Assembly: GCA_043228905.1 (NCBI GenBank)
Contig: JBHGNT010000014.1
Coordinates: 9,982,001 to 10,046,000 of the forward strand
Source of the DNA: Azolla caroliniana
Lineage: Eukaryota > Plantae > Polypodiophyta
Reading direction: 5' to 3'
DNA length: 64,000 nt
Under the pieces are notes generated by a model. The model was not told where the DNA came from. It ran no database searches and saw only the letters and a list, made by a program, of their open reading frames with translations. A program made the position numbers and the translations under genes. Below are positions 24,023-36,000 of the stretch, in pieces (the first letter of the stretch is position 1; each line of letters begins with the position of its first letter).

Positions 24023-24692
24023 AGATGAATGTCATGATAAGCCAAGATGTATGTCTTCATGACATTATCCCCCCTTTTCGATGGACGAGTTGCACGAGTC
24101 GGAAGAAAAGAGTTCAGACTTGGTTTATGAGGATATTGGTTGTGAAATGCAACAACCCGGCAGGCTCCCATGTTCGATCATTAGGTGTATAGCCTAACCA
24201 ATCAACCAAGTAGTATAGTTTGTTGCGAATGATCTTGGAGTCGAGGATAGCGGCAACCTCATATTCAGAGCCATTGGAAACGTCAATTGGAGGTGGGGGA
24301 GGTGTAACACGACCCGGAATAGAGCTCGTTGTGTAAGGCTCCAAAAGTGAAACATGGAAGACCGGGTGAAGACGCATATGAGGAGGAAGATCAAGACGAA
24401 ATGTCACATCATTGATCTTACCACTTATGACATATGGGCCAAAACGTTGATAATCTAATTTGTAGCAAGGTCGGGTCGTTTTAATGCTACCTTGTAAGAG
24501 CCATACACGATCGCCTACTTGAAACGTAGTCGATGAATCACGCCGATGACGATCAGCAATCTTCTTTTGAGTGTTTTGGGCTTCACATAAATGATGCAAA
24601 AGCATATCCTGAACTTCTTGGAGTCGAGTGAGCCGATCTTCAGCAGCTGGGTTTTTTGGGAGTTCAGGATGTTCAAGCATCGTCCAACGAGG

Positions 24693-27600
24693 TGTTGGGA
24701 TTTCGGTCCCTTTCGGATGGGATGGTCGGATATCGGAGATGAATGCCGACAAGCCCGATTTCGGTTTCGGATCCGGATGACGAAGACCCCGGCTTCAGTG
24801 CCGGATAACGAATGTACCCGGAGAGCGATCCGGATGCAGGGACATATCCGTGAATATGTTCGCTATGGGCCCCTGAGGCTATAGTTGTAAATAGCCCAAA
24901 GTCATATAAGTATAAATATGACTTAGGGCAAACAGTTTTACTGTTGCTTCTCATTTTTCTGTTTTTCCACTTTAGAGGAGTGAAGAGAGAGCAGCCGTGA
25001 GAGAGATAGAGCGTGAGAGAGGAAGAGGTCGACGCCTCTGTGTAATACCGCCGCCTGTGGCGAAGAAAGCGAGCTCAAGGTCGTTGCCTTGCAGCTCGCC
25101 ATTGTATATTTCTCTGTGCATAGTTTGGTTTGGAGTCTCGCACTCCCGTGGTTTTTCCCGTATAGGGTTTTCCACGTTAATCCCTGTGTATCGTGTCTTT
25201 CTCTGTATTTCCTATTTTCTGTTGCATTGATTCGCGATTACTCGGTTGTGGCCGAGTGGTGAAGGTGAATAGAAGGGTCTATTTCTTACAAACTGGTATC
25301 AGAGCGAACTGTTGCAGAAAATGGAAGGCGGCGGCAGCGGGCAGCCGGGGATGATGGTGCTGACTGCACAGAATTACGCCGACTGGAAGATCAAGATGGA
25401 GGATCTTCTGATTGTTCGGGACCTGTACGAACCGATTGACAGGTCGGAAATACCGAAGGGGGTACTTGAGTCGGAATGGAGGCTTCTGAACCGGAAAGCC
25501 GTTGCAACCATTCGGCAATACGTAGACGTGAGCGTTCTACAACATGTGGCGAACGACACCAACGCATATGAGATGTGGCGGAAGCTGTCGGGCCTCTACG
25601 AGAGGAAGAATGCGCTGAACCGGACCTCCCTGATGAGGAAGATTGTGAATCTCAAGTACCGGGACGGCGAGAGTATGGTGGAACACGTAAGCACGTTCAT
25701 GGGATTCGTGAACCAGCTTGCGGCGATCAAGTTCCCGTTGGAGGATGCAATGCAAGCCATCATCCTGATGTGTACATTGCCAGAAAGCTGGGAGAACTTG
25801 GTGGTGACTCTCAGCACCTCCTGCACCGAAGATAACTTGTCCCTACAAACGGTAAAGACAAGTATTTTGAACGAAGAAGCGCGTCGGAGAGATAAGGAAC
25901 CGGCCTCCGACCCGAAGATGTTGTTTACCGAATCGGATCGGGGAAGACAATGGAACCGGAGTCCGCAAAGACGGGAGAAGTCGGGGACCCGGTCGCAGTC
26001 AAGAGGAAGGCCCACATGCTTCCACTGTGGGAAGCCGGGGCACTTCCGAAAGAATTGTCGGCATTACCGAAAAGACAATGGAACCGACAACACCGATTCG
26101 AAGAAGTCACCGGAGAGAAATGGTGCATACCGGGGAGCCACGGACCGGAATGGTTCGGATCGGCGAGGACAGGACCGGAAAGGAATGACGGCACTCGCGG
26201 CAAGTGAAGAGGAGATCATGCTCATCACCGAAGAAGGTGAACTAAACATTGCCGGCGATGAGACGACTTGGGTGGTCGATTCCGGAGCATCGTTCCACCT
26301 GACCCCGGAGAGAAGATACTTCTCATCCTACACAGCCGGCGAGCATGGCTGTGTTCGGATGGGAAACGAAGGTACGTGCCGGATTGCCGGCATAGGAGAC
26401 GTGTGGTTGACAACCCCGACCGGATGCAAAATGTTGTTGAAGAATGTCCGACACGTTCCGGAGGTCCGACTGAACCTGATTTCGGCCGGGAGGCTAGATG
26501 ATGAAGGCTACACGGGTAGCATCCGGAACGGTGTCATGAAGTTCAGCAAGGGGAGCTTGATAGTGGCTCGGGCCCGGAAGGTCAACACTCTGTACCTGAT
26601 GAATGCCCGGTTATGTCCGGAAGAGCTGAATGTGGCAGCCGACACTGCCGGTGAGTTGTGGCACAAAAGACTGTGCCACATGAGTGAGAAGGGGATGAAG
26701 AGGCTTGCAGAAGACAACCTTATTCCGGTGAAGCATGTGCACCTGGAGAAGTGCACCGACTGCCTGGCCGGTAAGCAGAACCGAACCTCCTTCCACTCAA
26801 GGCCACCGACGAGACGTAGTGTACCATTGGAGTTGGTACACACTGATGTGTGTCAAGTAGAAACGAAGTCACATGGCGGAGCCCAGTACTTCGTGACATT
26901 CATTGATGACCACAGCCGGAAGCTGTGGACGGCACCGTTGAAGACAAAGGACCAAGTGTTGTGCGTCTTCAAAGAACTCCACGCGAGAGTGGAAAGGGAA
27001 TCCGGCAAGAAGCTGAAAGCGATACGAGCGGATAACGGAGGGGAATACCGGGGGCAGTTCCAGGAGTACTGTCGCTCGAAGGGAATCCGGCTCGAGTTTA
27101 CTGTGCCGAAGACGCCGGAACTGAACGGGCTGGCCGAGAGGATGAACCGGACCATAATGGAGAGGGTTCGGAGTATGCTGGCGCATGCGAAATTACCCAA
27201 GGGGTTTTGGGCTGAGGCAATGTCGAAGGCGACATATGTGATAAACCGATCACCCTCAGTACCTTTGGACGGAGACACGCCGCAGAGAGTGTGGACCGGT
27301 AGGGAAGTATCCTACCGGCATCTGAAGGTGTTCGGGTGTCTCGCATACGTGCACGTGGCGAAGGACCGGAGAGGAAAGCTAGATCCAAAGACCCGGCCAT
27401 GCATATTCCTCGGTTACGGCGACGACGAGTTCGGCTACCGAGTATGGGACCCGGTCGACAAGAAGATATTCAGGAGTCGAGATATCGTCTTTATGGAGGA
27501 CAAGACACTCGCCGACTGGGAGTCGGAGAAGAAGATGAAGAGCTCCAAGTCGACCGGTGAGGATAAACTCTACGAGGAGCAGTCCCGACCGGCAAGGGAC

Positions 27601-30005
27601 CGGTTAGCACTCGAGGACCCGGCCGAAGACGGTGAAGAAACAGAACCGGCCGAAGAAGATGAAAATGATACCGGAACCGGCCCCGATCCCGAAATGGATT
27701 CGGATGAAGAAGAAGAATCGTAAGAACCGGTTACCGAAGCTCCGAAACGGAGATACCCTCAAAGAGAGAGAAGGGCCCCCCGGAGATTTCCGGAACCAGA
27801 GCACGTGCTGCTAACCGACGAGGGGGAGCCGGAGAGCTTTGAAGAAGCGAAGCATGACACCCAGAGCCGCAGGTGGTTGAGTGCCATGCAGGACGAGATG
27901 GATTCCCTGCATGAGAACCACACATATGAACTTGTGGAGTTGCCGAAAGGAAAGCGGGCACTTCGAAACAAGTGGGTGTTCAAGCTGAAACCGGGAGATG
28001 CCGGAAACCCCCCGAGATACAAAGCCAGGATCGTGGTGAAGGGGTTTCAGCAGAAGAAGGGCGTCGACTTCGACGAGATATTTGCCCCGGTAGTGAAGAT
28101 GACCTCCATCCGGACGGTGCTGAGCATAGCGGCAAGCATGGACCTCGAGGTAGAACAGATGGACGTGAAGACGGCATTCCTTCACGGTGACCTCGAAGAA
28201 GAGATCTACATGCAGCAACCGGAAGGATTCGAGAAGAAAGGGAAGGAGCACCTGGTATGCCGGCTGAAGAAGAGCCTTTACGGACTGAAGCAGGCTCCCC
28301 GGCAATGGTACCGGAAGTTCGACTCCTTCATGACCGACGAAGGGTACCTCAAAACGCCGTCCGACCACTGCGTGTTTGTGAAGAAATTCGAAGGAGGAGA
28401 CTTTCTAATACTCCTCCTGTACGTGGACGACATGTTGATCGTCGGACGGAACCAGGTCAAGATACGGATGCTGAAGAAGGCTCTGCACCGAACCTTCTCA
28501 ATGAAGGACCTGGGTCCGGCGAGACAAATACTAGGGATGCACATCATCCGCGACCGGAAGAAGAAGCAGTTGTGGCTGTCACAGGAGAAGTACGTGACGA
28601 AGGTGCTTCACCGGTTCAACATGTCGGAAGCAAGACCGGTCGGATCGACCCTCCCGGCAAACTGCAAGCTGTCCAGCAAGCAAAGTCCCAAGACAAAGGC
28701 TGAAAAGGAGGATATGATGAAAGTGTCGTATGCCTCAACCGTCGGGAGCTTGATGTACGCCATGGTGTGTACGAGACCGGACATCGGATATGCAGTCGGA
28801 GTGGTGAGCCGGTACATGAGCAATCCCGGCAAAGAGCCTTGGAACGCGGCCAAGTGGATACTCCGATACCTGAAGGGCACAGCGAATGTGTGCCTCCGAT
28901 TCGGCTCCGGTAAACCCGAACTCGACGGTTTCACCGATTCGGATATGTCGGCTGATGCAGATACCAGCCGGTCCACATCAGGGTATGTGATGACGTATGC
29001 AGGGGGAGCTGTTTCATGGCAGTCGAGGCTGCAGAAGACGGTTGCGTTGTCAACCACGGAGGCGGAGTACATGGCGGCTGTTGAAGCCGGCAAGGAAATA
29101 ATATGGATGAAGGACTTCATTAGAGAGCTCGGTATCCAACAGGAGGAGTACCGACTCTACTGCGATAGTCAGAGTGCAATCCACCTTGCGAAGAACGCGG
29201 CCTATCACTCCCGGACGAAGCACATCCAGCGAAGATATCACTGGATCCGGGAAAGGATAGAAGACAAGGAGTTCGTGCTGACGAAGATCCACACGGACGA
29301 GAACGGGTCGGATATGCTGACCAAGGTGCTCACACCCGACAAGCTGGAAGCATGCCGGAAGAGGATCGGATTGGAGAGACATCCCATGCCGAAGTGAAGG
29401 GGGAGTTTGTTGGGATTTCGGTCCCTTTCGGATGGGATGGTCGGATATCGGAGATGAATGCCGACAAGCCCGGTTTCGGTTTCGGATCCGGATGACGAAG
29501 ACCCCGGCTTCGGTGCCGGATGACGAATGTACCCGGAGAGCGATCCGGATGCAGGGACATATCCGTGAATATGTTCGCTATGGGCCCCTGAGGCTATAGT
29601 TGTAAATAGCCCAAAGTCATATAAGTATAAATATGACTTAGGGCAAACAGTTTTACTGTTGCTTCTCATTTTTCTGTTTTTCCACTTTAGAGGAGTGAAG
29701 AGAGAGCAGCCGTGAGAGAGATAGAGCGTGAGAGAGGAAGAGGTCGACGCCTCTGTGTAATACCGCCGCCTGTGGCGAAGAAAGCGAGCTCAAGGTCGTT
29801 GCCTTGCAGCTCGCCATTGTATATTTCTCTGTGCATAGTTTGGTTTGGAGTCTCGCACTCCCGTGGTTTTTCCCGTATAGGGTTTTCCACGTTAATCCCT
29901 GTGTATCGTGTCTTTCTCTGTATTTCCTATTTTCTGTTGCATTGATTCGCGATTACTCGGTTGTGGCCGAGTGGTGAAGGTGAATAGAAGGGTCTATTTC
30001 TTACA
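24693..30005 (+). mobile_element. Young Tork/Tnt1-like Ty1/copia element D
   Basis: 598-bp LTRs at 24693-25290 and 29408-30005 (about 3 differences); TSD CGAGG; PBS at 25294; PPT present. Confidence 0.96.
25321..29397 (+). pseudogene. gag-pol of element D with one premature stop
   Basis: Complete domain set; TAA at 27721-27723 replaces GAA in the IN-RT linker. Confidence 0.92.
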
Positions 30006-33000
30006 CGAGGATGGTACCCAATGTTTGCAAAAAATGGGGAATATCCAGTAGAAGAATGCTCGGAGTTGTTATAAGCAAATTCTGCCAAAGGTAGTAAATC
30101 CACCCAATCATCTTGTTGATAGTTGACAAAACAACGTAGATATTGCTCGACTGTTTGGTTGGTGCGCTCACTCTGCCCATTAGTCTCTGGATGGTAGCCG
30201 GAAGAGATTTTACAAGAAGTATGTAAGAGTCTGAACATGTGCCGCCAAAATTTCGAGATGAATTGGGGACCCCGATCACTGATAATATCATCCAGAAGAC
30301 CATGATGGCGAAACACCTCCCGCATGAGTAAATCAGCTGTCTCTTGACTAGTAATGGTCTTTGTGCATGGAAGGAAATGTGCCATCTTCGTAAAACGATC
30401 GACAACAGTGAGAATCGAATCAAATCCCTTGGAAGGTGGAAGATCCGTAATAAAGTCCAAGGAAATAGATTTCCATGGGCTCTCCGGAATAGGCATTGGC
30501 TGTAATAAGCCATATGGATGATGTCGAGGCTTTTTTGATCGGCAACATGTATCACAGCTACGAACATAATCCGTAACAAAATGGCGAAGCCGTGGCCACC
30601 AATATCAGCGAGAAATCAACTCAAAAGTCTTGTGGATGCCGAAGTGTCCCGCCATTGGTGTGTCATGACATTGTTGCATGACTTTGAGTCGAGAAGGACC
30701 GTCAGGCACATACAAGAGAGTTTGTCGAAAAAGTAACCCATCATGCCAACTAAACTGGGTGTAGTCTAGACGAGGATTTTGAGTTTGGGAGCTAGATGCA
30801 CGATTTGGGATAATATGGCTCAAAACCTCTTGGGCGAACGCATCAGTCGCAATCTGCTCACGAATGGAATCAAGAAGCCTTGAATCTCCCGGTGTGTTGA
30901 TGGTATGCATTGCCATTATTCGTAGACGATCAGGACCTAAGAGGATTTGCTTTTGGCTTTCAAATGCGGCCTCTCCAGGTTGAAGTTCCATATACGAACG
31001 TCTAGATAAAGCATCTGCTTTTCCTTGTTGCATCCCAGGGCGATATAGAATTACAAAATCGAAACGAGTTAAGAACTGCGCCCAACGAGCTTGTCGTCGA
31101 TTCAAGACTCGAGCACTTTGAAAGTATGTTAGATTTTTATGATCATTGTAGACAATAATCTGCTGAGAAGAACCCTCCAGAAAATGACGCCATTGTTGAA
31201 AAGAATCCACAATGGCAAGAAGCTCTTTGTCGTGAATCTCATAGTTGATTTCTGCGGCTTCAAATTTTCGTGAGTGAAAAGCCACCGGGTGCAGTTCACC
31301 ATCATCACCAATTTGGGATAGTACACTTCCGAGTGCGAAATCCGATGCATCAGCTTCAAGTATAAAGCGCCTCATTGGATCGACATGGATTAAGATTGGT
31401 GCGGATGTAAATGCTTGCTTTAAACCCTCAAATGTAGAGTTCGCATTTATACTCCATACAAATGATCGATTCTTGTGCGTCAGTTGAGTGAGGGGCAACA
31501 CAATTTTTGAATAGTCTTTGATGAACTTGCGATAAAAGTTTGCGAACCCCAAAAAACATTGCACATCTCGCACGGACTGTGGTGTTTGCCAATCCAAAAT
31601 TGTTTGAACCTTTGATGGATCCATAGAGATGCCATTTGAAGAGACTATGTACCCCAAAAACTCCACTTGACGTTGGTCGAAACTACACTTCTCCAATTTT
31701 GCATAGAGACCATACTCTCGTAGCCGTTGCAAAACTTGGCGAACATGTATATCATGTTCTTCTTGAGTTTTTGAGTAGATCAAGATATCATCCAGGTAAA
31801 CAATGATGAAAATATCGAGGAAGTCTCGAAAAATATCATTCGCCATATGTTGGAAGATTGCTGGTGCATTCGTGAGGCCAAAAGGCATCACTGTGTACTC
31901 AAAATGACCATAGCGAGTGCGGAACGCCGTCTTCCATTCATCCCCAGGACGAATTCGAACAAGGTTGTAGGCACCTCGAAGATCTAACTTCGTGAAATAC
32001 TTTGCTTCACTGAGGCGTTCTAGAAGGCTTGAGATCAATGGGAGAGCATATCGGTTTCTAACGGTCACTTTATTCAAGCCTCGATAATCCACGACCATAC
32101 GAAGCGTACCATCTTTCTTCTTAACGAAAAAGATGGGTGCACCAGCAGGAGATTTTGAATGTTGGATAAAACCATTTGCCAAGTTCTCATTGATATATTC
32201 TCGAAGAACCTCTAACTCCGTGGGCGAAAGATTATAAATTGGTCCCCATGGAGGCTCTTTTCCTGGCTGCAAATCAATTGGGCAATCATATGGTCGATGC
32301 TCTGGTAGTCTATTAGCCTTCACCTTATCGAACACATCGGAGAATTCTATGTACTTCTTTGGTAGTTGGACCCCCAATTCTTGTGAGCTAGATGAGGGAG
32401 TTGCTAAAACCGCAAATACCATCATGTCTTCCTTTCTTCCATCCTCTCGTAATTGATGTATAGAGATTGTTGAAATTGTGGGGGATCCTAGATCCTTAGT
32501 TGGAGCTTCAAGAGACTTGGATTGTACGGTGACCTCTTCAATAGTTCTTTTTCTCCAATCAATGGTTGGGTTATGTAACTCAAACCAAGGGAGACCAAGA
32601 ACTAGAGAGTGCTCCGGACTACTAATGATGTTAAATGAGATGACACTAGCCAAATTACCTAGGACTACACGAATTGGTTCAGACTCTTCGACTATATCTC
32701 CTGATGCTATAGGGCGACCATCGATGACTCCTACAGCTACTGGGTTTGGGAGTTTTTTCAAGATGATGTTTTGAGTCAATGCAAACTCGCGATCCATGAA
32801 ACAAGAATTGGCTCCGGAATGTAGGAGGGCAGACATACATCTTGGCTTATCATGACATTCATCTTGGCGAACCAGGAATCGAACCCATAACCTCTTGGTT
32901 TACATATTGTACTTTAACCATTGTAATAACATATGTGAGATGTAATCATAATAATTATATGTTTAGTTATTACGAGATATTTAGAACATTCTAGATTATT

Positions 33001-36000
33001 TAGAATGTTCTTGAATATTTCATGATTATATTTATGAATAATAATAATAATAAATATAATCATGAAATATTCAAGAACATTCTAGAATAATCTAGAATGT
33101 TCTAAATATCTCGTAATAACTAAACATATAATTATTATGATTACATCTCACATATGTTATTACAATGGTTAAAGTACAATATGTAAACCAAGAGGTTATG
33201 TAATCTTCTTTCTCATAATATAATCGCATTCCCATTTCTTATCTCTCACTTATATTATGAGAAAGAAGATTACAAGGAGTTGGCTAAGGGCTAAAGACTG
33301 GTGTTGAACCGAATGAGTTGTGATGAGTGTATGGACTCTTATTTATAGGCCCTTATGGAGTATTCTAGAATGTTCTAGAATATTTTAGATATTTATGAAT
33401 AATAATAATAATAAATATAATCATGAAATATTCAAGAACATTCTAGAATAATCTAGAATGTTCTAAATATCTCGTAATAACTAAACATATAATTATTATG
33501 ATTACATCTCACATATGTTATTACAATGGTTAAAGTACAATATGTAAACCAAGAGGTTATGGGTTCGATTCCTGGTTCGCCAAGATGAATGTCATGATAA
33601 GCCAAGATGTATGTCTTCATGACATCTGCATCAGCCGACATATCCGAATCGGTGAAGCCGTCGAGTTCGGGCTTACCGGAGCCGAATCGGAGGCACACGT
33701 TTGCCGTGCCTTTCAGGTATAGGAGTATCCACTTGGCCGCGTTCCAATGCTCTTTGCCGGGATTGCTCATGTACCGGCTCACCACTCCGACTGCATATCC
33801 TATGTCCGGTCTCGTACACACCATGGTGTACATCAAGCTCCCGACGGCTGAGGCATACGGCACTTTCATCATATCCTCCTTTTCAGCCTTTGTCTTGGGA
33901 CTTTGCTTGCTGGACAGCTTGCAGTTTGCCGGGAGGGTCGATCCGACCGGTCTTGCTTCCGACATGTTGAACCGGTGAAGCACCTTCGTCACGTACTTCT
34001 CCTGTGACAGCCACAACTGCTTCTTCTTCCGGTCCCGGATGATGTGCATCCCTAGTATTTGCCTCGCCGGACCCAGGTCCTTCATTGAGAAGGTTCGGTG
34101 AAGAGCCTTCTTCAGCATCCGTATCTTGACCTGGTCCCGTCCGACGATCAACATGTCGTCCACGTACAGGAGGAGTATTAGAAAGTCTCCTCCTTCGAAC
34201 TTCTTCACAAACACGCAGTGGTCGGACTGCGTTTTGAGATACCCTTCGTCGGTCATGAAGGAGTCGAACTTCCGGTACCATTGCCGGGGAGCCTGCTTCA
34301 GTCCGTAAAGGCTCTTCTTCAACCGGCATACCAGGTGCTCCTTCCCTTTCTTCTCGAATCCTTCCGGTTGCTGCATGTAGATCTCTTCATCGAGGTCACC
34401 GTGAAGGAATGCCGTCTTCACGTCCATCTGTTCTACCTCGAGGTCCATGCTTGCCGCTATGCTCAGCACCATCCGGATGGGGGTCATCTTCACTACCGGG
34501 GCGAATATCTCGTCGAAGTCGACGCCCTTCTTCTGCTGAAACCCCTTCACCACGATCCGGGCTTTGTATCTCGGGGGGTTTCCGGCATCTCCCGGTTTCA
34601 GCTTGAACACCCACTTGTTTCGAAGTGCCCGCTTTCCTTTCGGCAACTCCACAAGTTCATATGTGTGGTTCTCATGCAGGGAATCCATCTCCTCCTGCAT
34701 GGCACTCAACCACCTGCGGCTCTGGGTGTCATGCTTTGCTTCTTCAAAGCTCTCCGGCTCCCCCTCGTCGGTTAGCAGCACGTGCTCTGGTTCCGGAAAT
34801 CTCCGGGGGGCCCTTCTCTCTCTTAGAGGATATCTCCGTTTCGGAGCTTCGGTGACCGGTTCTTCCGATTCTTCTTCATCCGAATCCATTTCGGGATCGG
34901 GGCCGGTTCCGGTATTATTTTCATCTTCTTCGGCCGGTTCTGTTTCTTCACCGTCTTCGGCCGGATCCTCGAGTGCTAACCGGTCCCTTGCCGGTCGGGA
35001 CTGCTCCTCGTAGAGTTGATCCTCACCGGTCGACTTGGAGCTCTTCATCTTCTTCTCCGACTCCCAGTCGGCGAGTGTCTTGTCCTCCATGAAGATGATA
35101 TCTCGACTCCTGAATATCTTCTTGTCGACCGGGTCCCATACTCGGTAGCCGAACTCGTCGTCGCCGTAACCGAGGAATATGCATGGCCGGGTCTTTGGAT
35201 CTAGCTTTCCTCTCCGGTCCTTTGCCACATGCACGTATGCGAGACACCCGAACACCTTCAGATGCCGGTAGGACACTTCCTTACCGGTCCACACTTTCTG
35301 CGGCGTGTCTCCGTCCAAAGGTACTGAGGGTGATCGGTTTATCACATATGTCGCCGTCGACATTGCCTCAGCCCAAAACCCCTTGGGTAATTTCGCATGC
35401 GCCAGCATACTCCGGACCCTCTCCATTATGGTCCGGTTCATCCTCTCGGCCAGCCCGTTCAGTTCCGGCGTCTTCGGCACAGTAAACTCGAGCCGGATTC
35501 CCTTCGAGCGACAGTACTCCTCGAACTGTCCCCGGTATTCCCCTCCGTTATCCGCTCGTATCGCTTTCAGCTTCTTGCCGGATTCCCTTTCCACTCTCGC
35601 GTGGAGTTCTTTGAAGACGCACAACACTTGGTCCTTTGTCTTCATCGGTGCCGTCCACAGCTTGCGGCTGTGATCATCAATGAATGTTACGAAGTACTGG
35701 GCTCCGCCATGTGACTTCGTTTCTACCTGACACACATCGGTGTGCACCAACTCCAATGGTGCGCTACGTCTCGTCGGTGGCCTTGAGTGGAAGGAGGTTC
35801 GGTTCTGCTTACCGGCCAGGCAATCGGTCCACTTCTCCAGGTGCACATGCTTCACTGGAATGAGGTTGTCTTCTGCAAGCCTCTTCATCCCCTTCTCGCT
35901 CATGTGGCACAGTCTCTTGTGCCACAGCTCACCGGCAGTGTCGGCTGCCACATTCAGCTCTTCCGGACATAACCGGGCATTCATCAGGTATAGTGTGTTG

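Larger units (their letters stand above)
24114..32830 (-). pseudogene. Chromovirus pol (PR-RT-RNase H-IN-chromodomain), split by element D
   Basis: YLDD RT; EADASD RNase H; integrase SLDF..SDRG..SERTN; GPY module; chromodomain EYEVAAILDS..YLVDWLGY..RTWEP; stop at 30605. Confidence 0.93.
23190..33624. mobile_element. Rearranged Ty3/gypsy chromovirus G (Tcn1/Tf1-like), gag deleted, U3 at both termini
   Basis: TSD TCTGC (23185-23189, 33625-33629). Complete LTR at 23190-23741 (+), inverted U3 at 23744-24064, PPT at 24065-24078 on the minus strand, pol on the minus strand, and scrambled LTR pieces at 32831-33624. Confidence 0.9.

Noticed and set aside
23190-33624. DIRS or TIR DNA-transposon interpretation of the inverted termini
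   Set aside because: No tyrosine recombinase or transposase is present. The interior is gypsy pol with a DDE integrase and PPT, and the repeats are LTR U3.
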